Counted from the first letter of the stretch, positions 21,192-31,373 are shown. The stretch: 64,000 bases of DNA from Candidatus Nitrospinota bacterium M3_3B_026 (GCA_051418015.1 JBPRGF010000003.1:64001-128000), one strand, 5' to 3'. Numbers and translations: made by a program. Notes: generated by a model not told the origin, from the letters alone.

Positions 21192-22127
21192 ATGAAAAAA
21201 ATCATCTGCGTCGCCAACCAGAAAGGGGGCGTCGGCAAAACCACCACCGCCGTCAACCTCGCCGCGTGCCTGGCCGTGGCGGATCAGAACGTCCTCCTGC
21301 TCGACATCGACCCCCAGGGGAACGCCACAACCGGCCTCGGCCTGCCAAAAAACGACAGCGGAAACAACATCTACACCGCGCTGATGGACGGCGGAATCGG
21401 GCAAGGAATGATCCACGACACCGCCGTCGACAGGCTGAAGGCGATCCCTTCCACCACCGACCTGTACGGGGCGGAGATCGAGCTTGTCACCTTCGAGCGG
21501 CGCGAACGCCGCCTCGCCGAGCTGGTGGACCAGATATCCGACGATTTCGATTTCGTCCTGATAGACTGCCCACCCTCCCTCGGGATGCTCACACTCAACG
21601 CCCTGACCGCCTCGGATTCGGTGCTAATCCCAATACAAACAGAGTATTACGCTCTGGAGGGCCTGAGCCAGCTCGACAGGACCATAAATATGGTCCGCGA
21701 CGCCTTCAACCCCGGCCTGACCGTCGAGGGGATACTGTTCACCATGGCCGACGGACGCACAACCCTCGCCCGCCAGGTGATGGAAGAGGTGAAAAACTAT
21801 TATAAAGACACCGTGCTGGAGACCGTCATCCCCCGCAACGTCCGCCTCTCCGAGGCGCCATCCCATGGAAAACCGGTCATCCTCTACGACATAAGGTCCA
21901 AAGGCGCCGACGCTTACGTGGACCTCGCCCGGGAGCTTATCGCCAGGAACAGGCAGGGCCTGGCCGTAGGCGCGACGGTCTCCCATGAGGCGGCGGGCGG
22001 CGAGGCGGAAGACGCGCAAGTTATTGATGATGTTGATATTATAGACGACACCGGCGGCGGAGAGGAGCTGGACGACGGTCATCCGCTCCCCGGCCCGGAC
22101 GGCGACGGCGAACAGGAGGAAAGATAG
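21192..22127 (+). CDS. parA: Chromosome partitioning ATPase ParA/Soj with acidic C-terminal tail
   Basis: NQKGGVGKTT, DPQGNAT, IDCPPSLG. Confidence 0.96.
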   Translation: MKKIICVANQKGGVGKTTTAVNLAACLAVADQNVLLLDIDPQGNATTGLGLPKNDSGNNIYTALMDGGIGQGMIHDTAVDRLKAIPSTTDLYGAEIELVTFERRERRLAELVDQISDDFDFVLIDCPPSLGMLTLNALTASDSVLIPIQTEYYALEGLSQLDRTINMVRDAFNPGLTVEGILFTMADGRTTLARQVMEEVKNYYKDTVLETVIPRNVRLSEAPSHGKPVILYDIRSKGADAYVDLARELIARNRQGLAVGATVSHEAAGGEAEDAQVIDDVDIIDDTGGGEELDDGHPLPGPDGDGEQEER

Positions 22128-22128
22128 G

Positions 22129-22962
22129 GTGAAAAGACAGGCGCTCGGCAAAGGGCTTTCGGCCCTGATCCCGGAAAAGGAAAAAACACCGGAAGGCGAC
22201 ACCGTCACGGAAATCCCCGTGGAGATGATAACCCCCAGCAGGTTCCAGCCCCGGACGGTTTTCAACGAAGAGTCCCTGGCCGAGCTGGCCGGTTCCATCC
22301 GCGAGCGCGGCGTCATCCAGCCGATCATCGTCACCAGGCGGCGCGGCGGCTACGAGCTTATCGCCGGCGAGCGCAGGTGGCGCGCCGTCCGGTCGCTTGG
22401 GTATGAAAAGATACCAGCAATAGTAAAAATCGTTCGAGACTCCGAGGCGCTGGAGATGGCGATCGTGGAGAACATCCAGCGCGACAACCTGAACCCCATC
22501 GAGGAGGCGGGCGCCTACGAGCGGCTGATGCGCGAGTTCGCCTTCACCCAGGAGGACCTCTCCAGGAAAATCGGGCGGAGCCGCTCCGCCGTGGCCAACT
22601 CGCTGAGGCTTCTGCGGCTGCCGGAGCCGATCAAGGACGACCTGGCCGCGGGCGCCCTGACGATGGGGCACGCCCGGGCGTTGCTTTCGCTTTCGAGCGA
22701 CGAGGAGCGGCTGGCCATGCGGGACGGGATCGTCAACGCCGGTCTGAACGTGCGCGACGTCGAAGGGAGCGTGAAGGCGCGCTCGAGAAAAAAACCCCGC
22801 CGCGCCTCCTCCCGCGACGTGCATTTGGAAAAACTCGCCCTGTCCCTGGAGCGCAAGCTCGAGGCCCGCGTCGAGATCAAGCCCAAAGCCCGCCGCGGCG
22901 GCGTGATCCAGATTCACTATACCGACGTTGACGATTTGAACCGGATAGTGGAGGGGATGTGA
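22129..22962 (+). CDS. parB: Chromosome partitioning protein ParB/Spo0J
   Basis: LGKGLSALI, GERRWRA, ENIQRDNL. Confidence 0.97.
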   Translation: MKRQALGKGLSALIPEKEKTPEGDTVTEIPVEMITPSRFQPRTVFNEESLAELAGSIRERGVIQPIIVTRRRGGYELIAGERRWRAVRSLGYEKIPAIVKIVRDSEALEMAIVENIQRDNLNPIEEAGAYERLMREFAFTQEDLSRKIGRSRSAVANSLRLLRLPEPIKDDLAAGALTMGHARALLSLSSDEERLAMRDGIVNAGLNVRDVEGSVKARSRKKPRRASSRDVHLEKLALSLERKLEARVEIKPKARRGGVIQIHYTDVDDLNRIVEGM

Positions 22963-23050
22963 CTGGGTGGGGGTAGGTGAATAGTCTTTACTTTGGCGAC
23001 TGCGAGAATCGTTTGGCTATATGACCCCAGCGCAATGATAATAATAGCTG

Positions 23051-23641
23051 GTGGATAGAATGAAAATACCAAAATGCATGAAAATCACGCCTGCAAAAAC
23101 GTTAATCTTTTTAAGCATTGCTTGTTTTCTTTTCATCGTACGATCGAATGGAAATTCGATTATATCTAATCTTTCAATAGGATTTATTGTAAGCACAATT
23201 TTTTATTTCATAGTTGTATGGCTCCCTGAAAGAAACCAAAGAAAGCTAATCAAGCGTTCTATGGAAGAACAGTACCTCTCATTTAAAGATGAATTCAAAA
23301 AATATTTTAGTAAACCCGCAAATGCCTCTCAAGGACGGTGGCATGCTGTGGCAAATGGACTTGAAAGTAATAACCTATTGCTAAAAGACCTTTCAATAGA
23401 GTTGGAAATATTCAAGGACGAAATTAATTTCGTCTTAAATAGCGTGAAAATAAATGACAAGAAGGTTTTTGACCTTTTCAAACGTCTTTCTCAGCATATT
23501 TACAGGCTGAAAAATCCGACTCCTGGGACTGACGATCTTAAATCTTTAATGAGATTTCTATGGGAATTGTTTTCCGGCTGGAGTTGGGATGAAGGTTATC
23601 GTAAAGAAGATATCGTAAAAATCATGATCCAAGAAATCTAG
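23051..23641 (+). CDS. Hypothetical membrane protein, AT-rich
   Basis: 196-aa ORF, two N-terminal hydrophobic segments, atypical composition. Confidence 0.7.
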   Translation: MDRMKIPKCMKITPAKTLIFLSIACFLFIVRSNGNSIISNLSIGFIVSTIFYFIVVWLPERNQRKLIKRSMEEQYLSFKDEFKKYFSKPANASQGRWHAVANGLESNNLLLKDLSIELEIFKDEINFVLNSVKINDKKVFDLFKRLSQHIYRLKNPTPGTDDLKSLMRFLWELFSGWSWDEGYRKEDIVKIMIQEI

Positions 23642-23645
23642 TGTT

Positions 23646-23708
23646 GTCATCCTGAGCCGGAGGCGAAGGATCCTGTCATGAGATTCTTCGGCTTCGCCTC
23701 AGAATGAC
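23646..23708. repeat. Palindromic repeat, family B
   Basis: gtcatcctgagccggaggcgaagga...ttcttcggcttcgcctcagaatgac. Confidence 0.75.
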
Positions 23709-23744
23709 TGTCGTTTACGAAAAAGAATAAGGCCCTGCGTTTTG

Positions 23745-23846
23745 ACACTCCCACCCACCCCCTCGGCGTTTCGCGCCACTCCCCCACGGGCAGGGGGAGA
23801 TAATAATGTCCCCTCCCCCGGCGGGAGGGGACAAAGGGGAGGGGGT
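23745..23846. repeat. Palindromic repeat, family A
   Basis: cccctcccccggcgggagggg etc. Confidence 0.65.
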
Positions 23847-23942
23847 ATAACACCCCCGTCCGCTATCCCCTGTCAAGAATAATACAGCCCGGTTATAATA
23901 ATAGCGTCAGCCAAATACAAATTTGAACGATCCGCTGGAGCC

Positions 23943-24143
23943 ATGCAAATGAAAAGAAACATAATACAAATCATCCTGTATCCGGGGGACGAAGGGGGGT
24001 ATGTCGCCGAATGCGTCAGCCTGCCGGTCGTGACGCAGGGAAGCACAATCGACGAAACCGCCAAAAACATCCAGGAGGCGCTGGCGCTGCATCTGGAAGA
24101 CGAAAACCTCGCGGAACTGGGGCTTTCGCCGATCCATGCCTAA
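23943..24143 (+). CDS. HicB-like antitoxin / UPF0150 protein
   Basis: EGGYVAEC.SLPVVTQG.TIDE...NIQEAL.LHLE. Confidence 0.85.
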   Translation: MQMKRNIIQIILYPGDEGGYVAECVSLPVVTQGSTIDETAKNIQEALALHLEDENLAELGLSPIHA

Positions 24144-24258
24144 ACCCCTTCTCACCATCCCCAACCACAAAGAAACAGTTTATTCGGCTGATAAATTGTT
24201 ATTGCGGGCGGCGCTGTTATAAAATCACGGGAAACGCAAATATTTCGTCGAGACCGCA

Positions 24259-25743
24259 ATGTACAAACCATCGAGGGAGGAGTTCATCTCGCTGACGGGC
24301 GAGGGGAACCTGATTCCCGTATACCGCGAGATATTCGCCGACCTGGAGACGCCCGTCTCGGCGTATCTGAAGATGGGCGACACGAAATACTCCTACCTGC
24401 TGGAGTCCGTCGAGGGCGGGGAGAAGTGGGGCCGATACACCTTCATCGGCGCGGAGCCTTCCATCGTCTTCAAGTACAAGGGGGGGGCCGTCATCCTGGA
24501 GGAGGAGGGGGAGGAGCGCTCCTACAAGGCCGAAGGCGGCCCCCTGGACGAGCTGAAAAAGGTCATGAGCCGATACCAGCCCGTTCCAGTGCCCGGCATA
24601 CCCCGTTTTTACGGCGGCGCGGTGGGGTTTTTGTCCTACGACGCCGTGAGGTTTTTCGAGAAGATGCCGGAGACGGCCCGGGACGAGCTTTCCGTCCCCG
24701 ACGCCTGGTTCGTGGTCACGGACACCATCCTGATATTCGACAACATCATGAACACCATCAAGGTGGTCTCCAACGCCCACATCGGCTCCGACGGCGCGGA
24801 CGCGGCCTACGACGAGGCGGTGGCCAAGATAAACGGCCTGATCGCAATGCTCCGGGAGCCCGTCCCGGCGCCGGAGGCGGAAAGGGGCGACCCGGACGGC
24901 GCCGGGTTCGAAAGCAACGTAAAGCGCGAGGTATTCGAGAAAAACGTCGAGCGGGTCAAGGAATACATCCGCGAAGGGGACATCTTCCAGACAGTGCTCT
25001 CGCAACGTCTGGCCACGAAGATCAACGTCCCCCCCTTCCAGGTCTACAGGGCGCTGCGGGCCGTCAACCCCTCCCCATACATGTACTACCTCAATTTCGG
25101 GCGGAACAGGATCATCGGCGCCTCGCCGGAGTCGCTGGTCCGGGTGGAAGGGGGAGTGGTTGAGACCCGCCCCATAGCCGGCACGCGCCCCCGGGGCGAG
25201 ACCGAGGAGGAGGACCGGCGCCTGGCCGAGGAGCTTCTGGCCGATGAAAAAGAGCGGGCCGAGCACATCATGCTCGTGGACCTCGGCCGCAACGACATAG
25301 GCCGCGTCGCCGAGGGAGGCTCCGTGGAGGTGAACGAGCTGATGATGGTTGAAAAATACTCCCACGTGATGCACATAGTCTCCAACGTCCGGGGCAGGCT
25401 CCGCCCCGGCATGGACGCCTACGACGCCCTCCGGGCGACCTTCCCCGCGGGCACCCTCTCCGGCGCGCCGAAGATACGCGCCATGGAGATCATCGAACAG
25501 CTGGAGGGCGTCCGCCGCGGGGTCTACGGCGGGGCGGTGGGATATTTTTCGTTCTCCGGCGCCATGGATATGGCCATAGCCATACGCACGCTCTATATCG
25601 ACGGCGACACGGCCTACCTCGGCGTCGGCGGCGGGATCGTGGCGGACTCTGTCCCGGCCAGCGAGTACCAGGAGACCATCAACAAGGGCAAGGCGCTGAC
25701 AACCGCCGTCAGGATCGCCGAAAACGGACTGGAGCCTTTGTGA
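24259..25743 (+). CDS. trpE: Anthranilate synthase component I
   Basis: LLESV, NPSPYMY, PIAGTRPRG, EHIMLVDLGRND, GTLSGAPK. Confidence 0.95.
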   Translation: MYKPSREEFISLTGEGNLIPVYREIFADLETPVSAYLKMGDTKYSYLLESVEGGEKWGRYTFIGAEPSIVFKYKGGAVILEEEGEERSYKAEGGPLDELKKVMSRYQPVPVPGIPRFYGGAVGFLSYDAVRFFEKMPETARDELSVPDAWFVVTDTILIFDNIMNTIKVVSNAHIGSDGADAAYDEAVAKINGLIAMLREPVPAPEAERGDPDGAGFESNVKREVFEKNVERVKEYIREGDIFQTVLSQRLATKINVPPFQVYRALRAVNPSPYMYYLNFGRNRIIGASPESLVRVEGGVVETRPIAGTRPRGETEEEDRRLAEELLADEKERAEHIMLVDLGRNDIGRVAEGGSVEVNELMMVEKYSHVMHIVSNVRGRLRPGMDAYDALRATFPAGTLSGAPKIRAMEIIEQLEGVRRGVYGGAVGYFSFSGAMDMAIAIRTLYIDGDTAYLGVGGGIVADSVPASEYQETINKGKALTTAVRIAENGLEPL

Positions 25744-25774
25744 AGGAGCAACTTTTCGAAAAAAAGACGCGGCC

Positions 25775-26674
25775 ATGACAATGAGAAAACTGACGGCGGC
25801 CGCCCTGGCGTCGGTCTTCCTTCTGGCGGGCGCGGCAGAGGCGAAAAAAGTCCATATAGACCATGACGGGCGGACGCTGAACGGATACCTTGCGCTTGCC
25901 GAGGGGAAAAAGATCGAGGACGGGGTGATCCTGATGGTCCACGGCACGCTCGCCCACGGCCGGATGGAGATCATGCGGACGCTGCAGGGGCTTTTCAGGG
26001 ACTACGGCCAGAGCACGCTGGCCATCACGCTGAGCCTGGGAAAATCCGGCAGGGAGGGGATGTTCGACTGCGGCGAGCCGCATCGACACATGCACACCGG
26101 CGCGCTGGACGAGATCGGGCTGTGGCTTGCGTGGCTGAAGGAGCAGGGCGCCGGGGAGATCGTCCTGCTCGGCCACTCCCGCGGGGGAAACCAGGCCGCC
26201 TGGTTCGCGGCCCAGCGGGACGACCCCGCCATAAAGAAGATAGTGCTGCTCGCGCCGATGACCTGGACCCAGGCGAAGACCGAGGAGGGCTACGAGGCCC
26301 GGTATGAAACGCCGCTCAACCCCATCCTCCACGAGGCGCGGGCGATGATAAGCGAGGGGAGGGGGTCTGACATGCTGGAGGGGATCGGTTTTCTGTACTG
26401 CAGGGACGCCGCCGCCAGCGCCCGGACCTTCGTGTCGTACTACTCCCCCGAGCCGATGATGGACACGCCCCTTGTCCTGCGGCGGGTGAAAAAACCCGTC
26501 CTCGTCTTCACCGGAACGAGGGACACCAGCATCCCCGACGTGGCGGAGAAGATCAAGGCCAGGGAACTCGGCGATAACGTCCGGCTGGAGGTCATCGACG
26601 GCGCGGACCACTTTTTCCGCGACCTTTTCGCCTACGACGTCGTGGAGCGGACCATCGAATTCCTGGGGCGGTGA
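25775..26674 (+). CDS. Secreted alpha/beta hydrolase
   Basis: Signal peptide, GHSRG nucleophile motif, GADHFF. Confidence 0.88.
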   Translation: MTMRKLTAAALASVFLLAGAAEAKKVHIDHDGRTLNGYLALAEGKKIEDGVILMVHGTLAHGRMEIMRTLQGLFRDYGQSTLAITLSLGKSGREGMFDCGEPHRHMHTGALDEIGLWLAWLKEQGAGEIVLLGHSRGGNQAAWFAAQRDDPAIKKIVLLAPMTWTQAKTEEGYEARYETPLNPILHEARAMISEGRGSDMLEGIGFLYCRDAAASARTFVSYYSPEPMMDTPLVLRRVKKPVLVFTGTRDTSIPDVAEKIKARELGDNVRLEVIDGADHFFRDLFAYDVVERTIEFLGR

Positions 26675-26746
26675 CAAAGCCGGGACGGCCGGAAAAACCC
26701 TTTCCTCGATCGACCCGCTGTCCCGGTTGGGGATAAAATGGGAGCC

Positions 26747-27532
26747 ATGATGAAAACCGTGATGACAATAGCCGGGTCGGACTCCTCCGGTGGCGCGGGC
26801 CTGGCGGCGGACCTCAAAACCTTCGCCGCCCTGGGCCTGCACGGCTCCTGCGCCATAACCGCCGTCACCTCCCAGAACACCAGGGAGGTCCGCGGCTTCC
26901 TCTCCCTGCCGCCGGATGTGGTGGCGGGGCAGATAGAAGCCGTTTTCGACGACATGGCCGTGGCCGCCGTGAAGACGGGGATGATCGGGGACGAGCCCAT
27001 CGCCAAGGCCGTGGCCGCCGCGCTTTCGAAGGTCGGCGCGGAAAACATCGTCGTCGACCCCGTGATGGCCTCGACCAGCGGGGCGGAGCTTCTCATGGGC
27101 AGGGCGGCGGACATCATCGCCCGCCATCTTCTGCCCGTCGCCTTCGCGGCCACGCCGAACGCGCCGGAGGCGGAGGCCCTTTGCGGTTTCAAGGTGGACT
27201 CCGTGGAAACAATGAAAGAGGCGGCACGAAAAATATCCGGGCTGGGGCCCGGGAATGTCGTGGTGACCGGGGGGCACGTCGCGTCGGGCGATGTCGTCAC
27301 CGACGTGCTCCTCACGAAGGACGGTTTCGAGATTTTCGAGAGGGAACGGGTGAAAAGCGAGGCGGGCCACGGCTCCGGCTGCGTCTTCTCGTCCGCCCTG
27401 GCGGGATACCTTGCCATGGACAAGGAGATCGCGGAAGCCGTCCGGCTGGCGGGGGAGTTCACTGCCCGCGCCATCGCGGAGGGTTTTAAGGCCGGGCGCG
27501 GACCCGCCTGTATAAACCCGCTGAGGTTTTAA
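26747..27532 (+). CDS. thiD: Hydroxymethylpyrimidine/phosphomethylpyrimidine kinase
   Basis: IAGSDSSGGAG..AD, DPVM, TPN..EA, HGSGC. Confidence 0.95.
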   Translation: MMKTVMTIAGSDSSGGAGLAADLKTFAALGLHGSCAITAVTSQNTREVRGFLSLPPDVVAGQIEAVFDDMAVAAVKTGMIGDEPIAKAVAAALSKVGAENIVVDPVMASTSGAELLMGRAADIIARHLLPVAFAATPNAPEAEALCGFKVDSVETMKEAARKISGLGPGNVVVTGGHVASGDVVTDVLLTKDGFEIFERERVKSEAGHGSGCVFSSALAGYLAMDKEIAEAVRLAGEFTARAIAEGFKAGRGPACINPLRF

Positions 27533-27605
27533 GGCTGGGCGCGGACCCGCCCGCATAAACCCTTCGGCCGGTCTGGCGAATCTTTATAAGGCGGCGCGCC
27601 CCGCG

Positions 27606-27657
27606 AAAAGAAAAGGGGCCGGCCGAGCGGGAGAGTGGCCAGCCCCTTTCTTTTTTC
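27606..27657. terminator. Probable bidirectional intrinsic terminator between convergent thiD and flgE
   Basis: aaaagaaaaggggc...gcccctttctttttt. Confidence 0.6.
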
Positions 27658-27738
27658 CCGCGCCACGGCTAAACGGCGCGGAGAAGACAAACCGTCATGG
27701 CATTACGGTTTTCTCATGCTCATGTCAAACCCCGGTCA

Positions 27739-28986
27739 TTACCGCTTCAGGTTCACCACCTCCTGCATCATGTCGTCCACGGTCGATATGATCCGGGAGT
27801 TGGCCTGGTAGGCGCGCTGGTTCTGTATCATGTCCACGAACTCGCGGGACAGGTCCACGTTGGAAAGCTCCAGCGACGATCCGTAGATTGTCCCGAACCC
27901 TCCGGCCTTGGCGATCCCGTATATCGGCTGGCCGGACTGCGTGGTCTCGGCGAAGAGGGTGTTGCCCTGCCTCGACAGGGCCCAGGGACTCAAAAAGTCC
28001 GCAAGCTGAACCTGCCAAAGCTGCTGCGTCTGGCCGTTGGAGAACAGGCCGGATATTATCCCCTCGCTGTCCACCGACAACCCCCGCAGCACGCCGGTGG
28101 AATAGCCGTCCTGCACGATGGAGTTGGTCACCGACGTCGAGGCGTACCCCGTGATGTCGTTGTACGACGCGGACGTGGTGTCGTCGATTATGTCCCAGTT
28201 GAACGTCAGGTCGGACGCTCCCGAAGGGAAGCCGGTGACCGTTATGGTCTGGTCGGCGGCGGGCGAGGTCATCTGCCCCTGGTTGTTGAAAGTGACCGTG
28301 CCGGAGGCCCCCGCGGTGACCGACGTGCCGGAGGGGCCGGAGAGGACGTAGTCCCACTGCCCGGCGGTGGTCGTCTTGGTGAAGGTCATGGTCATCGTCG
28401 CCGCCTCGCCCAGGGAGTTGTAGACGTTGAACGAGGTGGAGAAAGTCGCCGTGGCGGAGGCGGCGGCGTTGAGGTTCGCCCCCAGCCTGACGAAGCTGGT
28501 CTCCCTCGGCTCGCTCTGCAGGCCGGTTATGCTGATGTCGGAGGCCGGGCCGGACCTCACGTAGTCGCCTGAGGCGTCCATGGTCATCCTGTAGCCCCTC
28601 ATCCTGTGGCTGGATGGGTTGACCAGGTAGCCGTCCTTGTCGATGGTGTACTGCCCCGCGCGGGTGTAGAAGGTCCCCCCCGACGAGGGGTCGCGCACCA
28701 CGAAAAAACCGGTACCCTGTATAGCCATGTCCGTGGCGTTGCCGGTGGTCTCGAAGGAGCCCTGGGAAAAAGTCGGCGACACCGCCTGGAAAAAGGAGCC
28801 CCGGCCGAACTGCATGACCGTGGCCCCGTTGGCCACGGAGTTGGCCAGGATGTCGGAGAAGATCGACCTGTTGCCCTTGAACCCGACGGTGTTTATGTTG
28901 GAGATGTTGTCACCGGTGACGTTCATCGCGTCACCGTAAACGCTGAGCCCGGCGATCCCGGTGTACATCGCGCTTCCAAGTCCCAT
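27739..28986 (-). CDS. flgE: Flagellar hook protein FlgE
   Basis: GDNISNINTVGFK, YTRAG, LELSNVDL, QRAYQANS. Confidence 0.95.
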   Translation of the reverse strand: MGLGSAMYTGIAGLSVYGDAMNVTGDNISNINTVGFKGNRSIFSDILANSVANGATVMQFGRGSFFQAVSPTFSQGSFETTGNATDMAIQGTGFFVVRDPSSGGTFYTRAGQYTIDKDGYLVNPSSHRMRGYRMTMDASGDYVRSGPASDISITGLQSEPRETSFVRLGANLNAAASATATFSTSFNVYNSLGEAATMTMTFTKTTTAGQWDYVLSGPSGTSVTAGASGTVTFNNQGQMTSPAADQTITVTGFPSGASDLTFNWDIIDDTTSASYNDITGYASTSVTNSIVQDGYSTGVLRGLSVDSEGIISGLFSNGQTQQLWQVQLADFLSPWALSRQGNTLFAETTQSGQPIYGIAKAGGFGTIYGSSLELSNVDLSREFVDMIQNQRAYQANSRIISTVDDMMQEVVNLKR

Positions 28987-29024
28987 CTTTCAAACCTCCT
29001 TGATTTTGACTGGAGCCGGGCCGC

Positions 29025-29768
29025 TCACGCCGTCGTCCCGCCGGAGGCTTCCGCCCCGGCGCCGGCGCCGCTGTCAGGCCGGACGTCCCGCACCTCGATT
29101 ATCTCGCCAAGGGTGAACTTATTCTGTCCGACGTGGACATAGGTCACCCCGTCCTCGAAGGAGACGCCGGTGGCTATCCCCTTCGCTCGCGTCGCAACAT
29201 CCATCTGTTTTCCATCAGGCCCCTTCGCCGAGACGCTGAAGGTGTACCTTCCGTCGGGCAGTGGATTCCCGAGGTCATCCCCGCCGCTCCAGGGGACGCT
29301 GTGGTCCCCGGCGGAAAGCGAGGAAAGCTCTATCTCCCTTACCGCCTCGCCACGCCCGTTCTCGATCGTGACAACGGCTTTACCGGCGGAGTTCGGCAGG
29401 GTGAAAGATATGTCCGAGGCCGTCCCGCCGCTCACCTCCACGGAGTTTCCTCCGGCGGTTACCTCCTTGCCGATCAGCGAGACCGCCTGGGTGGCCGTGG
29501 CCTCGGCGGAGGCGCTTGCCATGGCCTCCATGCTCTTGTTCATGTTCAAAAGCTGCTCCAGGGAGCTGAACTGCGCCATCTGGGCGGTGAAGTCGGTGTT
29601 CTCCATCGGTTTCATGGGGTCCTGGTGCTTGAGCTGCGCCATCAGCAGCGTCAGAAACTCCGACTGCCCGAGCTCGGCCATGCTCTTTTCGGTCTGGCCG
29701 GTCTTTTTTTCCGCCGCCGCCGCGGCGTCCGCGCCGCCGCCGCCCGACAAAGGTGATGTGACTATCAT
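29025..29768 (-). CDS. flgD: Flagellar hook capping protein FlgD
   Basis: FLTLLMAQLKHQDPMKP, AQMAQFSSLE; start at ATG 29768. Confidence 0.93.
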   Translation of the reverse strand: MIVTSPLSGGGGADAAAAAEKKTGQTEKSMAELGQSEFLTLLMAQLKHQDPMKPMENTDFTAQMAQFSSLEQLLNMNKSMEAMASASAEATATQAVSLIGKEVTAGGNSVEVSGGTASDISFTLPNSAGKAVVTIENGRGEAVREIELSSLSAGDHSVPWSGGDDLGNPLPDGRYTFSVSAKGPDGKQMDVATRAKGIATGVSFEDGVTYVHVGQNKFTLGEIIEVRDVRPDSGAGAGAEASGGTTA

Positions 29769-29808
29769 CTCGAATCCTCCCGCTCTTGACTCTCTTCGTC
29801 CATCTTCA

Positions 29809-31314
29809 TCACGCCAGGACGTCCAGAACGCCGTCATGGTAGGAGACCCTCCCCGGCCCCCCGGCCGGGACGGGCTCCTCGGCCGCTCCGGCGCCATCGT
29901 CCGCCGCAGGGCTCCCCCGGCCTGGCCCGCCATTGGGTCCGCGCCGTCCGCCGAGGTTCTCGTTGCGGAAGTTGAACCCCTCGCCGGAGGAGGCGACGAT
30001 TATCTGGTCCACCTTCAGCCCGCTGTTGTTCAGCGCGGCCCTCAGGCTCTCGATATCCCTTTCCATCATGCTTCTCACGTCGGGGCTCTCGGCTGTCATG
30101 ACGACGCGAGCCTGGTTGTCATGGGTCACCACCCGCATGTCGATCCTGCCCAGGCTGGGCGGGTCGAGCTTTATGGTCATGTTGGAGCGGCCATTGGAGC
30201 GGACGTTTATCCTGATCTTCTCCACCACCTGGTCCATCACCGCCCGCTCGAAGGATCGGCGGGTTGTCTCGGCGGTCTTCTCCTGGCCGGCAGGCGCCTG
30301 TGTCCTGGCGCTCGTCCTGTTCCCCTCCGGGCCCGATGTGTCCGCGCCCTGGGGCGCCTTGACGGCCGATTTGGCGGCCCCGCCGCCTTTTTCCGGCGCG
30401 GCGCTGTTCCCCGCCTTCACGGCCGCCTCGAAGGCGCGGGAGGTCTCCTGCGCCGCCTGGCCCTGCCGTCCCGCGGCGTCTGTGTTCACGGCGCGGGTCA
30501 GGGTGTGGGTGGAGTTGTTCTCATCGGCGGCGGGGGTTTTCAGCCCCTGGCGGGCTATGTCCGGTTTCCCGGCCTCGTCCTGACCCTTCCGGAGCGCGGC
30601 GGCGAGCTTGCCGGCCTCGTGGGCGCTCAGGCCGAGGGAGCGAAAGACGGCGGTCAGCTTCTCCTTGCCTCCGGAGGCGAGGGCCTCCTTAACGCCAGCC
30701 GCGAGCTTTGTCTCCAGGTCAACCAGTTTCCCAAGGTTTTCCAGGTTTTCCGCGCCGACGCCCAGCGCCTTCAGAAAATCGCCCAGCGTCATCTCCTCCG
30801 CCCCGGCCAGAAGATCCTCAAAAGCCTCCGGGTCTTCCTCTTTCAGCTGCTCCAGCTTTTCGGCGACGATCTGAGCAACCTTCTCCAAAGGCTTCGGGCC
30901 CTCCCCGGCATCCTCTTTTTCCGCCGGGGTTTTTTCCGTGGCCGCCGCTGGCCGGCTGTCCTTGTCGACACTTTCGGCGCTTTCGGCGCCTGTTGCCTTG
31001 TCTTTTTCCACGGCCGCCGCCACGGGGCCGTTATCGGAGGCTTTGTCCTGTTTTTTGTCACCTCCGGCCTTCCGCGCCTCGCGCTCATCGCGGACGCCGG
31101 TCTCATCAACCCGGCGTTGGCCGGTGTCACGTCCGTTTTCGGCGCGGCGCCTATCCGGCGCGGGCATACCCCGGCGCTCGGCCTCCCTGGCGCGGCTTTC
31201 GATCCGGGCGAAAACCTCGTCGAAGGTTTTGTCCATGGTGAAGACGTCATCGCGGACGGTCTCCGCCCTGCCAGGGAGGATGCTGTCCAACAGCGCCATG
31301 ACCGGCTTTACCAT
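29809..31314 (-). CDS. fliK: Flagellar hook-length control protein FliK
   Basis: Low-complexity N-terminus, IKLDPPSLGRI C-domain, upstream of flgD. Confidence 0.88.
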   Translation of the reverse strand: MVKPVMALLDSILPGRAETVRDDVFTMDKTFDEVFARIESRAREAERRGMPAPDRRRAENGRDTGQRRVDETGVRDEREARKAGGDKKQDKASDNGPVAAAVEKDKATGAESAESVDKDSRPAAATEKTPAEKEDAGEGPKPLEKVAQIVAEKLEQLKEEDPEAFEDLLAGAEEMTLGDFLKALGVGAENLENLGKLVDLETKLAAGVKEALASGGKEKLTAVFRSLGLSAHEAGKLAAALRKGQDEAGKPDIARQGLKTPAADENNSTHTLTRAVNTDAAGRQGQAAQETSRAFEAAVKAGNSAAPEKGGGAAKSAVKAPQGADTSGPEGNRTSARTQAPAGQEKTAETTRRSFERAVMDQVVEKIRINVRSNGRSNMTIKLDPPSLGRIDMRVVTHDNQARVVMTAESPDVRSMMERDIESLRAALNNSGLKVDQIIVASSGEGFNFRNENLGGRRGPNGGPGRGSPAADDGAGAAEEPVPAGGPGRVSYHDGVLDVLA

Positions 31315-31357
31315 CCGCGTTCTCCATCAAACAAAAGGGTTGTTCGCCGGATAGGGC

Positions 31358-31373
31358 ATCAAAGGCCGTGCCA
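31358..31373 (-). promoter_or_regulatory. Possible sigma54 promoter for fliK-flgD-flgE
   Basis: TGGCAC-N5-TTGAT (good -24 element, non-canonical -12). Confidence 0.4.
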
